Shown piece by piece: positions 1-10,735 of a DNA stretch of 64,000 nt. Positions within the stretch are counted from its first letter, which is position 1, and each line of letters starts with the position of its first letter. The translations under genes and the position numbers were made by a program. The stretch is from Candidatus Gastranaerophilales bacterium (lineage in GTDB: Bacteria > Cyanobacteriota > Vampirovibrionia > Gastranaerophilales > Gastranaerophilaceae): assembly GCA_900752845.1 (NCBI GenBank), contig CAADWU010000077.1, positions 1,046 to 65,045 on the forward strand. The letters run 5' to 3'. Below the pieces are notes generated by a model. It did no database searches and had not been told where the DNA came from. It was given only the letters and a program-made list of their open reading frames with translations.

Positions 1-777
1 GCAGAACTTGGAAATCCTGCTGAATTTTTACAAACTTATTTAGGCTTGAATAATTATGCTGCAAGTGTTTCTACTGCCTGTACATCAGGCATAAAAGCGT
101 TTGCTCTTGCAAGGAAACTTCTTGAAAATAATGTATGCAAAGCTGTTATAACAGGTGGTGTTGATACTATTGCAAGTATGCCTGTATATGGATTTGATGC
201 TTTAGAGGTGTTGTCCAAAGACAAGACAAATCCTTTTTCCAAAAACCGTTCAGGGATAAGTATCGGCGAGGCAGGGGCTTTATTTTTGCTTGAAAAAAAT
301 AAGGAAGGGATAAAACTTTTAGGAATAGGGGAAACTTCTGATGCCTACCATTCTGCAACACCTGATCCCGAAGGTATTCAGGCTGCAAGAGCAATTGAAA
401 TGGCACTTACAGATGCAGGATTAAATGCAGAAGATGTTGATTATATCAACCTGCATGGAACAGGAACAATTTCCAATGATATTATGGAAGCAAATGCTGT
501 CTACAAAATTTTTGGCAATAATACACCTGCAAGTTCAACTAAACCTGTTACAGGTCACTGTTTGGGTGCTTCTGCAAGTGTTGAAACCTTTATATGTTAC
601 GAAATTTTAAAAGGGATTAGAAATATTCCCGTCCATATATATGATGGCGAGTATGATGAAAGTTTGCCGAAAATTGACCTTGTAAAAGCAAATTCTAACT
701 TCGATAATGTTAAAGTTTGTATGTGTAACGCTTTCGGGTTTGGCGGAACAAATGCAGTTTTGATTATAGGTAAATGA
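1..777 (+). CDS. Beta-ketoacyl-ACP synthase (ApeO-like), 5'-truncated by window edge
   Basis: Frame is open from base 1; STACTSG catalytic Cys, HGTGT, GHCLGA and NAFGFGG motifs. Confidence 0.9.
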   Translation, partial: AELGNPAEFLQTYLGLNNYAASVSTACTSGIKAFALARKLLENNVCKAVITGGVDTIASMPVYGFDALEVLSKDKTNPFSKNRSGISIGEAGALFLLEKNKEGIKLLGIGETSDAYHSATPDPEGIQAARAIEMALTDAGLNAEDVDYINLHGTGTISNDIMEANAVYKIFGNNTPASSTKPVTGHCLGASASVETFICYEILKGIRNIPVHIYDGEYDESLPKIDLVKANSNFDNVKVCMCNAFGFGGTNAVLIIGK

Positions 778-778
778 T

Positions 779-1222
779 ATGGAAAAAGATTTAGCTAAAA
801 TATTACCGCACGATAAACCGATGATTTTAATTGATGAACTCTTGGAAGTTAATCTTGAAAAACAGTGTGCAAAAGCAAGTGTCACAATCAGTGAGGATAA
901 AATATTTTTTGATAAAAATATCAACGGTATATCACCGCTTGCAGGTATAGAATTTATGGCGCAGACAATAGGATGTTATGCGTATTATAAAGCAGGTGAA
1001 AGAATTCCTAAAATTGGTTTTCTTCTTGGTACAAGATTTTATGAGAATAATCTTGAAAAGTTTGAAAACGGTAAAACTTATACAATAACCGCCAAAGAGA
1101 TTTATAGTGCTGATGAACTTGTTTCGTTTGAATGTTTAATTTATAATGATGATATAAAAGCAAAAGCAACTATTAACGCTTTTCAACCTAAAAATGCAGA
1201 AGAATATTTAAAGGGATTATGA
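779..1222 (+). CDS. Hotdog-fold 3-hydroxyacyl-ACP dehydratase (ApeP-like)
   Basis: LPHDKPMILID, GIEFMAQ and GFLLGTR motifs; lies between KS and KR genes. Confidence 0.85.
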   Translation: MEKDLAKILPHDKPMILIDELLEVNLEKQCAKASVTISEDKIFFDKNINGISPLAGIEFMAQTIGCYAYYKAGERIPKIGFLLGTRFYENNLEKFENGKTYTITAKEIYSADELVSFECLIYNDDIKAKATINAFQPKNAEEYLKGL

Positions 1223-1950
1223 GTAAAGAATTGAACGAAAGAAAAAGAGTTCTTGTGACCGGTTCAAGCAGAGGTATAGGAAAAGAAATTGCATTATACC
1301 TTGCAAAAAACGGGTTCGATATAGATATCCATTATGTTAATAATGAGCAAAAAGCTGTTGAAACGGCAGAGGAAATAAATTCTTACGGCGGTAATGCACA
1401 AGTTTTAAAATTTGATATTAAAAACAGAGAAGAATGTGCAAAGGTTCTTAACGGTAAACTTTATTACGGAATAGTTTTAAATGCCGGAATTGCTAAAGAT
1501 AACGTTTTCCCTGCACTTGAAGATGATGAATGGGATGAAGTTATTGATACAAATTTAACAGGCTTTTACAATGTTTTAAAGCCGCTTGTAATGCCTATGA
1601 TTTCAAACAGAATTAAGGGAAGGATTATTACACTTTCTTCTGTATCAGGGCTTTCAGGCAACAGAGGTCAGGTGAATTACTCTGCATCAAAGGCAGGAAT
1701 TATCGGGGCAACAAAATCTCTTGCGCTTGAACTGGCTAAACGTGGAATTACGGTAAACTGTATTGCCCCCGGTGTTATTGATACAGAGATGATAAAAGAT
1801 GTTCCGCTTGATGAGGTTAAAAAAATAATCCCTATGAAGCGAGTGGGACAGGCAAAAGAAGTTGCAAGTCTTGCAAACTATCTGATGAGTGAAGATGCTT
1901 CATATATTACAGGTCAGGTAATATCAGTTAACGGAGGGCTATATCTGTGA
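1219..1950 (+). CDS. fabG: 3-oxoacyl-ACP reductase (FabG/ApeQ-like SDR)
   Basis: TGSSRGIG, NAG and YSASK motifs; DNVFPAL segment resembles ApeQ-type reductases. Confidence 0.9.
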   Translation: MSKELNERKRVLVTGSSRGIGKEIALYLAKNGFDIDIHYVNNEQKAVETAEEINSYGGNAQVLKFDIKNREECAKVLNGKLYYGIVLNAGIAKDNVFPALEDDEWDEVIDTNLTGFYNVLKPLVMPMISNRIKGRIITLSSVSGLSGNRGQVNYSASKAGIIGATKSLALELAKRGITVNCIAPGVIDTEMIKDVPLDEVKKIIPMKRVGQAKEVASLANYLMSEDASYITGQVISVNGGLYL

Positions 1951-3170
1951 AGCGTGTTGTTATTACCGGAATGTCGTTAGCAAGTCCTCTCGGATGCAAT
2001 ATTAATACGGTTTTTGAGAATCTGCAAAAATGTAAAAATTGTATCGAATATGACAAATCTCTTGATGAGTATGAAAAGTTAAATACCCGTTTGTGTGCAC
2101 GTGTTAAAGACTTTGAAGTGCCTGCTTCGTATAACAGAAAAGTTTTAAGAACTATGGGACCTGTTTCTGTAATGTCTGTACGTACGGCTGAACTTGCACT
2201 TCAGGATGCAGGACTTTTGGGAGATGATATTATTGTAAACGGTGACTGCGGTGTAAGTTATGGGTCTTCATCCGGTTCTCTCGGTGCAATAATTGATTTT
2301 TATGGAATGGAAGTTGACAAAGAAGTAAAAGGTCTGAATTCAGGGTCTTATGTGAAAATGATGGCTCAGACTACTGCTGTTAATATTTCTCTTTATTTTA
2401 AGACAACAGGCAGATTAATTCCTGCGTCTACCGCCTGTACATCAGGTTCCATGGGTATAGGTTATGCTTATGAAGCAATTAAAAACGGATATCAAACGGT
2501 TATGATAGCAGGCGGAGCAGAAGAACTTCATCCTACACAAATTGCAATATTTGACACTCTTTATGCAACAAGTTTGAAAAACGTTACTCCTGAACTTACA
2601 CCGTCGCCGTTTGACAAAAAACGAGACGGACTGGTTATAGGCGAGGGCGCAGGAACTTTAATACTTGAAGAATATGAACACGCTAAAAAACGCAATGCGA
2701 AGATTTATGCTGAAATTATAGGTTTTGGTACAAGCACTGACGGTACACATATTACAAATCCTAATCATAAAACTATGGGGCTGGCTCTTGAACTTGCATT
2801 AAAAGATGCTGACATATCACCCGATAAGATTGGTTATATCAATGCACATGGTACTGGAACTTTTGCAGGGGATATTGCAGAAACTACTGCAACTGAAGAA
2901 ATATTTAAACGTAAAGTTCCTGTCAGTTCACTCAAAAGCTACACAGGTCACACTCTCGGAGCTTGCGGTGCAATTGAAGCAATCGCTTCAATTGATATGA
3001 TGAGGAAAAATTGGTTCCACCCGACATTAAACCTGAATGAAATTGATGAAAACTGCGGAAAACTTGATTATATACAAAATCAAGGTCGTGAAATTGATAC
3101 TGATTATGTCATGTCAAACAACTTTGCGTTTGGAGGAATTAATACTTCTCTGATTTTTAAAATGCTTTAG
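1947..3170 (+). CDS. Beta-ketoacyl-ACP synthase II (FabF/ApeR-like)
   Basis: MKRVVITG, STACTSG, HGTGT, GHTLGA and NNFAFGG motifs. Confidence 0.9.
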   Translation: MKRVVITGMSLASPLGCNINTVFENLQKCKNCIEYDKSLDEYEKLNTRLCARVKDFEVPASYNRKVLRTMGPVSVMSVRTAELALQDAGLLGDDIIVNGDCGVSYGSSSGSLGAIIDFYGMEVDKEVKGLNSGSYVKMMAQTTAVNISLYFKTTGRLIPASTACTSGSMGIGYAYEAIKNGYQTVMIAGGAEELHPTQIAIFDTLYATSLKNVTPELTPSPFDKKRDGLVIGEGAGTLILEEYEHAKKRNAKIYAEIIGFGTSTDGTHITNPNHKTMGLALELALKDADISPDKIGYINAHGTGTFAGDIAETTATEEIFKRKVPVSSLKSYTGHTLGACGAIEAIASIDMMRKNWFHPTLNLNEIDENCGKLDYIQNQGREIDTDYVMSNNFAFGGINTSLIFKML

Positions 3171-3222
3171 AGAAATTTCACCAGTAAAATTAATAATGTA
3201 ATAATAAAATAAAGGAAATATA

Positions 3223-4938
3223 ATGGATTTGGAAAAACTTATAAAAGTCGGTAAAGGGGAAGAACCTGCTGATTTGGTAATAAAAAACGGAAAGCTTATT
3301 AATGTTTTATCAGAAGAAATTTATGAAACTGATATTGCTATAGTTGGTGATACAATTGCTGGAATTTCTAAAGGCTATAGAGGCAAAAAAGAAATTGATG
3401 TAAACGGCGCTTATGTTTCTCCGTCTTTCATTGACGGTCACGTTCATCTGGAAAGTTCTATGATGATGCCTTCAGAATTTGCCAAAATGGTTGTGCCTTC
3501 AGCAACAACTACAGTTATTGCTGATCCGCATGAAATTTCAAATGTTATGGGGCTTCAAGGTATTAGTTTTATGAGGGAAGCTACTAAAAATTTACCTCTT
3601 GATGTGTATATGATGTTACCGTCTTGCGTACCGGCTACGGATTTAGAAACGTCCGGAGTTGAACTGAACAGTTATGATTTAGCTTTACTGATTGATGCCC
3701 CATGGGTTTTGGGCATTGCGGAAATGATGAATTTTGCAGGTGTTGTAAACTGTGAAAACAGTGTCTTAAGTAAAATACAGCTGGGAACATCCAAATGCAA
3801 ACGTGTTGACGGGCATGCTCCCCATTTAAGCGGAAAAGATTTGGATGCCTATGTTGCTTCAGGCGTTGCATCAGACCACGAGTGTACGACTTGTGAAGAA
3901 GCAGTTGAAAAATTAAGGCTTGGAATGCATTTAATGATTAGAGAAGCTACAGGTGCAAGAGATTTGGAACCGCTAATTCCTGTTTTGAAAAAATACAACA
4001 CCAGAAAATGTATGTTTGTTACTGATGACAGACATCCTAAACATTTAACGAAACATATCTCTAGAATGGTTAAAAAAGCCGTAAGGTTAGGTGTTAATCC
4101 GGTTAAGGCTATTCAAATGGCTAGTATAAATACTGCAGAATATTTTAAACTTGCAAATCTGGGTGCAATTGCTCCGGGGTACAAAGCAGATATTGCAGTG
4201 TTTAATGACTTAGAATTTTTTGAACCGCAAATGGTTATTAAAAACGGTGTGATTGCAGCACAAAACGGTAAAATGATTATTGATACAACAGAGTTTAAAA
4301 CACCTGAATTAAGAGGTTCTGTCAATATAAAATATTTGAACATGGAAGATATACAAATTAAAGCTCCTCTGGAAAAAAATAAAATTAAAGTAATTAATGT
4401 TATACCTAAACAGCTTATAACTAAAAAATCAGAAGAATTTGCAAAAATTCAAAACGGTTTCGCAATTTCTGATATAGAAAATGATATCTTAAAAATTGCC
4501 GTAATCGAACGCCACAAAGCTACAGGCAATATAGGTTTGGGTTTTGTAAAAGGTTTTGGTTTAAAATCCGGTGCAATAGCATCAACTGTTGCTCACGACA
4601 GCCATAATATGATAGTTATTGGCACAAACGATGATGATATGTACTATGCAGCTGTAGAACTGGTTAAATCACAGGGCGGTAAGATAATTGTTGAAAACGG
4701 TAAAACTTTAGCTCATTTACCTTTACCTATTGCAGGACTTATGTCTGATAAATCAGCAGAAGAAGTCCAAAAGAAAATTTGCGAGCTTGAAAAAGCAGCA
4801 CAGCATATAGGTTGTAAAATGGCAGATCCGTTCATGAGTATGGCATTTCTGTCATTGTCTGTTATTCCTGAATTAAAAATCACAGATAAAGGCTTAATTG
4901 ATGTCAACAAGTTTGAAGTGACAGATTTGTTTGTATAA
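3223..4938 (+). CDS. ade: Adenine deaminase
   Basis: DGHVHLESSM, DPHEI, DGHAP, SDHE, TDD and AHDSHN motifs; 571 aa. Confidence 0.95.
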   Translation: MDLEKLIKVGKGEEPADLVIKNGKLINVLSEEIYETDIAIVGDTIAGISKGYRGKKEIDVNGAYVSPSFIDGHVHLESSMMMPSEFAKMVVPSATTTVIADPHEISNVMGLQGISFMREATKNLPLDVYMMLPSCVPATDLETSGVELNSYDLALLIDAPWVLGIAEMMNFAGVVNCENSVLSKIQLGTSKCKRVDGHAPHLSGKDLDAYVASGVASDHECTTCEEAVEKLRLGMHLMIREATGARDLEPLIPVLKKYNTRKCMFVTDDRHPKHLTKHISRMVKKAVRLGVNPVKAIQMASINTAEYFKLANLGAIAPGYKADIAVFNDLEFFEPQMVIKNGVIAAQNGKMIIDTTEFKTPELRGSVNIKYLNMEDIQIKAPLEKNKIKVINVIPKQLITKKSEEFAKIQNGFAISDIENDILKIAVIERHKATGNIGLGFVKGFGLKSGAIASTVAHDSHNMIVIGTNDDDMYYAAVELVKSQGGKIIVENGKTLAHLPLPIAGLMSDKSAEEVQKKICELEKAAQHIGCKMADPFMSMAFLSLSVIPELKITDKGLIDVNKFEVTDLFV

Positions 4939-4941
4939 TTA

Positions 4942-5568
4942 TTACATTTTTAAGAGCTCTAAAATCGCAAAGTAATGAAGAACAGCGCCTAAAATTACAA
5001 AAATATGCCAAATACTGTGCATATATTTTTTCTTAATCAAGTAGAATACACTTCCTAACGAATAAACAGCTCCGCCTCCAAGCAGCAGCCATACAACCTG
5101 ATGTGATTTAGTAGTCCATATTTTATAAATTAAGAAAACCAACAACCAACCCATCATAAGATATAGAGCTGTTGATAAATATTTGAATTTTAATGTAATA
5201 CAAGAATAAACGATACCGCTGAAAGCTATATACCAAATCATAGCAAGGATGGCTACAGAATGTGGAAACGGTAAAACTAATAATAAAATAGGGGTGTATG
5301 TTCCTGCAATTAACAAAAAGATTGCACTATGATCAATTTTTCTGAAAACTTTTTTTGCTGTTTCATTAACCATAGCATGATATAGTGTAGAAGATTGAAA
5401 TAATATAAAAAGCGTTGCGCCGAAAATTGCAGTAGACGATGCTTCTAAAGCATTTCTTGAAGCAGCAGCGAGCATAACTATACCATAAATTGATAATAAT
5501 GCACCCAGAGCATGTGTTGATGCATTAAGAAATTCTTCACCTTTAGTATACCTTGTTAATTCAGACAT
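4942..5568 (-). CDS. Hemolysin III family (PAQR/TrhA) membrane protein
   Basis: EEFLNASTH, SSTLYH, DHSAIFLLIAGTYTP and HSIWH motifs. Confidence 0.92.
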   Translation of the reverse strand: MSELTRYTKGEEFLNASTHALGALLSIYGIVMLAAASRNALEASSTAIFGATLFILFQSSTLYHAMVNETAKKVFRKIDHSAIFLLIAGTYTPILLLVLPFPHSVAILAMIWYIAFSGIVYSCITLKFKYLSTALYLMMGWLLVFLIYKIWTTKSHQVVWLLLGGGAVYSLGSVFYLIKKKYMHSIWHIFVILGAVLHYFAILELLKM

Positions 5569-5709
5569 ATTACACGTTACCTATTTAATGTTACCTTTAA
5601 ATCCAAATATTTTTTTATTTTTAACATAAAAATGTAGGATTGTAAATGTAATACCATTATATATTATTAATTTAAGCTTACAAGTTAAAATGTACAAAAG
5701 ATTTATTTT

Positions 5710-6151
5710 GTGATAAAAAGAAGTTATGAAAATAAAAAAGATACTTGGTTGGATACCATAATAGAAGCATTTGAATATTTAGGTGGGAACAAAAACAAAA
5801 AATGGCAAAAAGGCATTACATAGGGACAAAAGAAAAGCCTTAAATGCTCTAATTATGGCTAATTTTCAATGTGAAGCAGATTGTGGAAAAAAATTATTTA
5901 AAAGAAAATATTCAAATAAAAATTATACTGAAGTTCATCATTTGGTTCCTACTAAGTATTATAATGACTTTGAATTTTCTTTAGATATTGAAGAAAATTT
6001 AGTTTCACTATGTAGTCACTGTCATAATTTGCTTCAACATGGAGATACCTCTATAGAAACATTAAAGAAATTATATGACAAACGTAAAAATCTTCTTGAG
6101 TTATGTGGAATAAATATAACATTTGATGAACTTATTAAAATGTATAAATAA
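5710..6151 (+). pseudogene. Truncated or frameshifted McrA-like HNH endonuclease
   Basis: ORF 5783-6151 has CxxC...EVHHLVP...ENLVSLCSHCH but no clear start; an N-terminal fragment (GTG 5710, ...TWLDTIIEAFEYLGG) lies in a different frame. Confidence 0.6.
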
Positions 6152-6271
6152 ACTGGACTTGATGTCCGACAAATCGAACTTTTTACTTCGACAATTTATT
6201 GATTCACTACAAGATGTTGTTTTTATTTCCGAAATAAAAAGATATAAAAAATGTGCTTAATTTCAATTTAT

Positions 6272-6733
6272 TTATTTTTCAATTCTTAAATATTTTTCTA
6301 AAATATTATTCAAATTATTTTTTAAATCTTCTTTAGTTTTGCTTTCATATGTTTTTATATTTTTATCAAAGTTTTCAATACCGTCATTGGATATATTACA
6401 AACAATTTTGATTACATCTTTGAAGAAATTGTCTAATTTTTTTGCGTCATTGGGTTTTAATAAAAAATTATATTCAGTAAAATATCGGGCGCACTGTATG
6501 AATATAGAATCATAATTAGATTCATCTTTTAACATTTTTTCTGCAATTCGAGGAACTCCATGTATCAATTCCATTGCTTTAGCATAAATATATTTCCGTC
6601 TTAATTCAAAAAGGTCTTGTTTTCTTTTTCTTTCATTTGTTAGCCATTGCTGATATGCAATATAAGTTCCTAAAATAGTTATTGAAATAGGGATTAAAGC
6701 ATTTAAGTATTTAATTATTGTTTCCATATCCAT
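6272..6733 (-). CDS. Hypothetical protein with N-terminal TM helix (YIAYQQW motif)
   Basis: 153-aa ORF, very AT-rich, hydrophobic N-terminus. Confidence 0.7.
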   Translation of the reverse strand: MDMETIIKYLNALIPISITILGTYIAYQQWLTNERKRKQDLFELRRKYIYAKAMELIHGVPRIAEKMLKDESNYDSIFIQCARYFTEYNFLLKPNDAKKLDNFFKDVIKIVCNISNDGIENFDKNIKTYESKTKEDLKNNLNNILEKYLRIEK

Positions 6734-6773
6734 AAAACAATAATAGCATAGTCAAAAAAGAAAGGAGAAAACT

Positions 6774-7001
6774 ATGACAAAGAAACATGATTACATCATC
6801 AAAATGCCAACAAAAAAGGCTTCAAAAAAGGAAATTGAAGAACAAAAAGAAAAAGTACGAAATTTGCTTGCCAAGTGGATTGCAGAGGAAATTTTCAGAA
6901 GAAATGGACTTGAAATAGACATGGATGAAGTCGAACTTTGGAAAGCCAGTCAACAAGCGGGTTGCAAGTCAAAGGCATCAAAAGGCAAAAAATGTTTGTA
7001 A
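6774..7001 (+). CDS. Small hypothetical protein
   Basis: 75-aa ORF with strong RBS AAAGGAG. Confidence 0.55.
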   Translation: MTKKHDYIIKMPTKKASKKEIEEQKEKVRNLLAKWIAEEIFRRNGLEIDMDEVELWKASQQAGCKSKASKGKKCL

Positions 7002-7075
7002 AATTATAATAAAATTAACCTCGTAAAGCATTGATTTTACTGGGTTTTATAAAAAGTTCGATTTTTAAATTAAAA

Positions 7076-7467
7076 TGGAGACGAGGGGAGTCGAACCCCT
7101 GTCCAAAATGGATTAAAACAAGCTTCTACGAGTGTAGATATTTATTCTCTCGGATTATTCAGGGAATATCATTACCTTTAAAATAATCCAAAGTGTTTTT
7201 TGCGGAAACACTAACCTTTAACGGTTTACTTGATACGTCTACCGTCATCAACGCACTGCCGCTTGCATAATGGACCCATAAAACCGGCAAGCTGGGCTCT
7301 ATGAGTAGCTATAATTTGCGACTAAGCTGCTAAAGCTTGTGCTCTAGAGAAGTCTGCTTTAATTACATTGTTAGCATTTAATTTGTTTTGCTCGTTGATA
7401 ACCGAGAACAGCGCTCGGACCCGCAACCTGTTTTCACCGAACATCCTGTCAAATCCAAAACGTCCCC
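7076..7467 (-). ncRNA. ssrA: tmRNA; tag peptide ANNVIKADFSRAQALAA* encoded at 7375-7322
   Basis: 5' GGGGACGTTTTGGATTTGAC; 3' T-arm GGGGTTCGACTCCCC plus CGTCTCCA acceptor; tag ends in LAA. Confidence 0.97.
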
Positions 7468-7534
7468 ATATTTAATTTTTAATGTACTGTAATTTTATTA
7501 TAACTTGTATTCCAGATTTTTCAATCTTTTTTTA

Positions 7535-7939
7535 TTATTGATGAAGCTGGAACGAACATTTAGTACAATGTGCTTTAGGATTATACATTAAATTGTCTTC
7601 CAAGTCATATAATTTTTGTATCCTTGTAACAAGAGGGGCACCGCATACAGGGCATTTCAGACCGCCTGCTCCGTTTAAGATTAACTCTTTTAAGCTTTCG
7701 ATAATCTGTTCTGACACTTCATTGTTGGTGTAATCTTTTTCCAGTTTTTTTATTTCTTCAGGAGTGCATCTTAAAACTTTTGCAAGATTTTGTCGAACAG
7801 TAACAGATAAAAATAAATCTTTTCCGGATTCAATATCTTCTATTGTTTCAAGCGGAAGGTTGGTTTCCATTGCTAAACCTTTAGCTGAAAGTCCTAAGTC
7901 ATCTCTTTTATGTTGTATAAATTGTGCTAATGTCTTCAT
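7535..7939 (-). CDS. XRE-family HTH protein with C-terminal zinc ribbon
   Basis: HTH-like N-terminus (LSAKGLA...TIEDIESG); CPVC and CTKC pairs. Confidence 0.75.
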   Translation of the reverse strand: MKTLAQFIQHKRDDLGLSAKGLAMETNLPLETIEDIESGKDLFLSVTVRQNLAKVLRCTPEEIKKLEKDYTNNEVSEQIIESLKELILNGAGGLKCPVCGAPLVTRIQKLYDLEDNLMYNPKAHCTKCSFQLHQ

Positions 7940-7958
7940 AACTAATATTTTATAACGT

Positions 7959-7992
7959 AAACACCCTCTTTATTCAAGAGGGTGTTTTTTTT
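7959..7992. terminator. Intrinsic terminator-like hairpin
   Basis: AAACACCCTCTT-tattc-AAGAGGGTGTTT plus T-run. Confidence 0.75.
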
Positions 7993-8015
7993 ATTGTGTA
8001 GAAAAAGTCTTTTAA

Positions 8016-9041
8016 TTAGTCACCGTAATCCCAGCCATCATGTTTGTAGTCGCTTCTTTTTGCATAATCAGAATATATTACTGCCTGATCAAAGTCATAT
8101 TGAGCGAATTCAGGATTTCCGTCTTCATCATAGAAAGGTTCACCTGTTTCTGGATCATAAATGAGTGAGCCATATAAGAATGTACCCGGTTCTTCTCCTT
8201 TTTCATAGTCACCTTGATAGATTAAGTTGTTGTTGTTATCAAAGATTGATCTTATATTTCTTTGACCGTTTCTTCCGTTTGAACGGATTTCATAACCTGC
8301 ATAACTGTATAAATATTGTTCATCATCTTCAGGTTTTTTAGCAGTGTCTGCCACGTATCTTGTAATTTTAATTCCTTTTCCCGGAACGTCATTAATTATA
8401 GCTTTCATATAAGATGTTTTCGGATTTTTGTCGTCATACATATCTACAACTTTAGTTACAATTCCCATTTGGCGTTTATTTGTGTCAACGCTGTCAACCA
8501 TTGATTCGTAGAATTTGTTGTCATATCTGTTATGAGCTTTAGAACCTACGTATGCAACGCTGTCTGTGCCTGAGCCGTCAGGTATAGGACCGTCAATAGG
8601 AATACCGATATTCATACCTTGAGCAATTAAAGAATCTGCTAAGTGGAAAGGATAATCTTTAACATGAACAGGTTTGATAATAGTATGTATAATTGTATCT
8701 GTTTCATGAATTGTATCAGGTTTAATAATAGTTACAGTATCGTGGTGGCAACCTCCTCCGATATTAATATATGCATTGGCTGAAGCTGAAGAAGAAGATG
8801 ATGAAGATGATGAAGCTGATGCTATAACATCATCAGGACCGCAGCTTGATAATGTAGCGGTTGTTGCGCCTAATGCCATTAATCCTAATGCTAAATTTCT
8901 CATTGATTTACTTGCATTTGTTGATGCAGGTGCTGTTTGTTGCGGGTAATTGTTTTGAATTTGTTGTTTTTGTTTTTTATGCTTCTTTGCTTGACCTTCA
9001 AAGCTTAAAACATTAGTACTGTTAATTGCTTGTACTTCCAT
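8016..9041 (-). CDS. Hypothetical lipoprotein-like protein with poly-Ser linker
   Basis: GGAGG RBS before ATG at 9041; internal signal segment ending LSSC; poly-Ser tract. Confidence 0.7.
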   Translation of the reverse strand: MEVQAINSTNVLSFEGQAKKHKKQKQQIQNNYPQQTAPASTNASKSMRNLALGLMALGATTATLSSCGPDDVIASASSSSSSSSSASANAYINIGGGCHHDTVTIIKPDTIHETDTIIHTIIKPVHVKDYPFHLADSLIAQGMNIGIPIDGPIPDGSGTDSVAYVGSKAHNRYDNKFYESMVDSVDTNKRQMGIVTKVVDMYDDKNPKTSYMKAIINDVPGKGIKITRYVADTAKKPEDDEQYLYSYAGYEIRSNGRNGQRNIRSIFDNNNNLIYQGDYEKGEEPGTFLYGSLIYDPETGEPFYDEDGNPEFAQYDFDQAVIYSDYAKRSDYKHDGWDYGD

Positions 9042-9194
9042 TTTAGTATTTAACCTCCGATTTCTACACTTATGAGTATTAATATAAAGAAAAAACATGT
9101 TTTTAATTGCTATATAATAATAGCAAAAACATGCTTTTTCTTAAATTCCTTATTATATTTGATTTTTAGCTGTTTACAATTTGTAATAAATTTG

Positions 9195-10220
9195 TTACAG
9201 AGCAGCTAATTTTTCTCTTACAAGAGTTTCAACAGTGCTTAGAATATCAGGGTTTTCTGCTAAAAATTCTTTAGCTTTATCTCTGCCTTGTCCTAATTTT
9301 TCTTCGTTAAAGCTGAACCATGAGCCTGCTTTTTTAACAATATCAAGGTTAACTGCTACATCTAAGATGTTACCGATTTTGCATATACCTTTACCGAAGA
9401 TAATGTCAAATTCGGCAGTTCTAAAAGGTGGAGCTACTTTATTTTTCAATACTCTTACTCTTACATGGTTTCCGATATCTTCACCGTCGCCTTTAAGTCC
9501 TTCTGTACGTTTAATTTCCATACGGACAGAAGCGTAGTATTTCAAAGCATTACCTCCTGTTGTAGTTTCAGGGTTTCCGTACATAACACCGATTTTCATT
9601 CTTAATTGGTTAATGAAAATAACTGTTGTATTGGTTTTGCCTATGATACCTGTCAATTTTCTTAAAGCTTTACTCATCAAACGAGCTTGTAAACCCATTT
9701 GCTGGTCTTCCATAGAACCTTCGATTTCTGCTTTAGGAACAAGTGCTGCTACAGAGTCGACAACGACAATATCAACAGCTCCTGAACGTACAAGTTCTTC
9801 TGTGATATCAAGAGCTTGTTCACCTGTATCAGGCTGAGAAATTAATAAATCATCAACTTGAACCCCTAAATTTCTTGCATATTCCGGATCAAGAGCGTGT
9901 TCGGCATCAACGAAAGCTGCAATACCGCCTTTTTTCTGGCATTCTGCAACAATATGTTGTGCAAGGGTTGTTTTACCTGAACTTTCAGGACCATAGATTT
10001 CAATAATACGGCCACGTGGCACTCCGCCAATTCCCAATGCAACGTCTAATGACAATGCTCCTGTAGGGATTGCATCGACGTTAACAGTGGCTTTATCGCC
10101 GAGTTTCATGATAGAACCTTTACCAAAATCTTTTTCAATTTTTTCAATAGCAAGTTTTAATGCTTTACTTCTTTCATCTGTATTAGATGAAATTTCAGCT
10201 TCTTTATCTTTTACAGCCAT
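9195..10220 (-). CDS. recA: Recombinase RecA
   Basis: [15 protein letters not shown] and [22 protein letters not shown] motifs. Confidence 0.99.
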   Translation of the reverse strand: MAVKDKEAEISSNTDERSKALKLAIEKIEKDFGKGSIMKLGDKATVNVDAIPTGALSLDVALGIGGVPRGRIIEIYGPESSGKTTLAQHIVAECQKKGGIAAFVDAEHALDPEYARNLGVQVDDLLISQPDTGEQALDITEELVRSGAVDIVVVDSVAALVPKAEIEGSMEDQQMGLQARLMSKALRKLTGIIGKTNTTVIFINQLRMKIGVMYGNPETTTGGNALKYYASVRMEIKRTEGLKGDGEDIGNHVRVRVLKNKVAPPFRTAEFDIIFGKGICKIGNILDVAVNLDIVKKAGSWFSFNEEKLGQGRDKAKEFLAENPDILSTVETLVREKLAAL

Positions 10221-10240
10221 AATTTATCCCTTTTAATTTT

Positions 10241-10735
10241 TTATTCCCAAGCTTGTTTTTCTCTTTTTTTATAGAAGCCTAAACCTACAGGTTTATAGGC
10301 ATGAAGGTCATTTTTAAGCTGATAAATTTCTTTATTTAGATCAATAATTTTTTGTCTTAAAGTTTCATTATCTGTTTTGCAGCGGATAAGTTCAACAACA
10401 ACTTCATCCATGCCTTCAAGTTTTTCATCAATAACTTTGGCAATTCTGCTGCTTAACTTATTTTCCATCTCTTTTAATGAACTTAAAATACTCAACATAG
10501 CTGAAGGTTTAGCTTCTGTTTTTGCTAAAGGTTTAGTAACACCTTTCATAGCCTGTACTTTTCTTAAATTTTTTACTTCTTCGTAAGAAAAGTAAGTTTG
10601 ACCTTTGCTGTTTTTCTTAGGCAAAATAGAAGCACGTTTACACAGTTCAACAATCTCTTTGTTATCTGTTTTTAAAATATTTCTCACTTCTTGTGGAGAT
10701 AAAGTTTTCCCCTTCAACTCTTGTTCTAATATCAT
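10241..10735 (-). CDS. MerR-like HTH plus coiled-coil protein
   Basis: N-terminal winged-HTH pattern (LSPQEV...GQTYFSYEEV) and C-terminal coiled coil; RBS before ATG 10735. Confidence 0.6.
   Translation of the reverse strand: MILEQELKGKTLSPQEVRNILKTDNKEIVELCKRASILPKKNSKGQTYFSYEEVKNLRKVQAMKGVTKPLAKTEAKPSAMLSILSSLKEMENKLSSRIAKVIDEKLEGMDEVVVELIRCKTDNETLRQKIIDLNKEIYQLKNDLHAYKPVGLGFYKKREKQAWE

Larger units (their letters stand above)
6171..7064. repeat. 15-bp perfect inverted repeat pair (6171-6185 and 7050-7064)
   Basis: AAATCGAACTTTTTA and TAAAAAGTTCGATTT are exact reverse complements. Confidence 0.8.

Noticed and set aside
7076..7105. tRNA-like T-arm and acceptor end
   Set aside because: It is the 3' end of tmRNA, not a separate tRNA
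8778..8820. GAT/GAA trinucleotide repeats
   Set aside because: In-frame poly-Ser linker; cannot shift the frame
9087..9142. Long imperfect inverted repeat downstream of recA
   Set aside because: Most simply an AT-rich terminator-like hairpin; no evidence for another role
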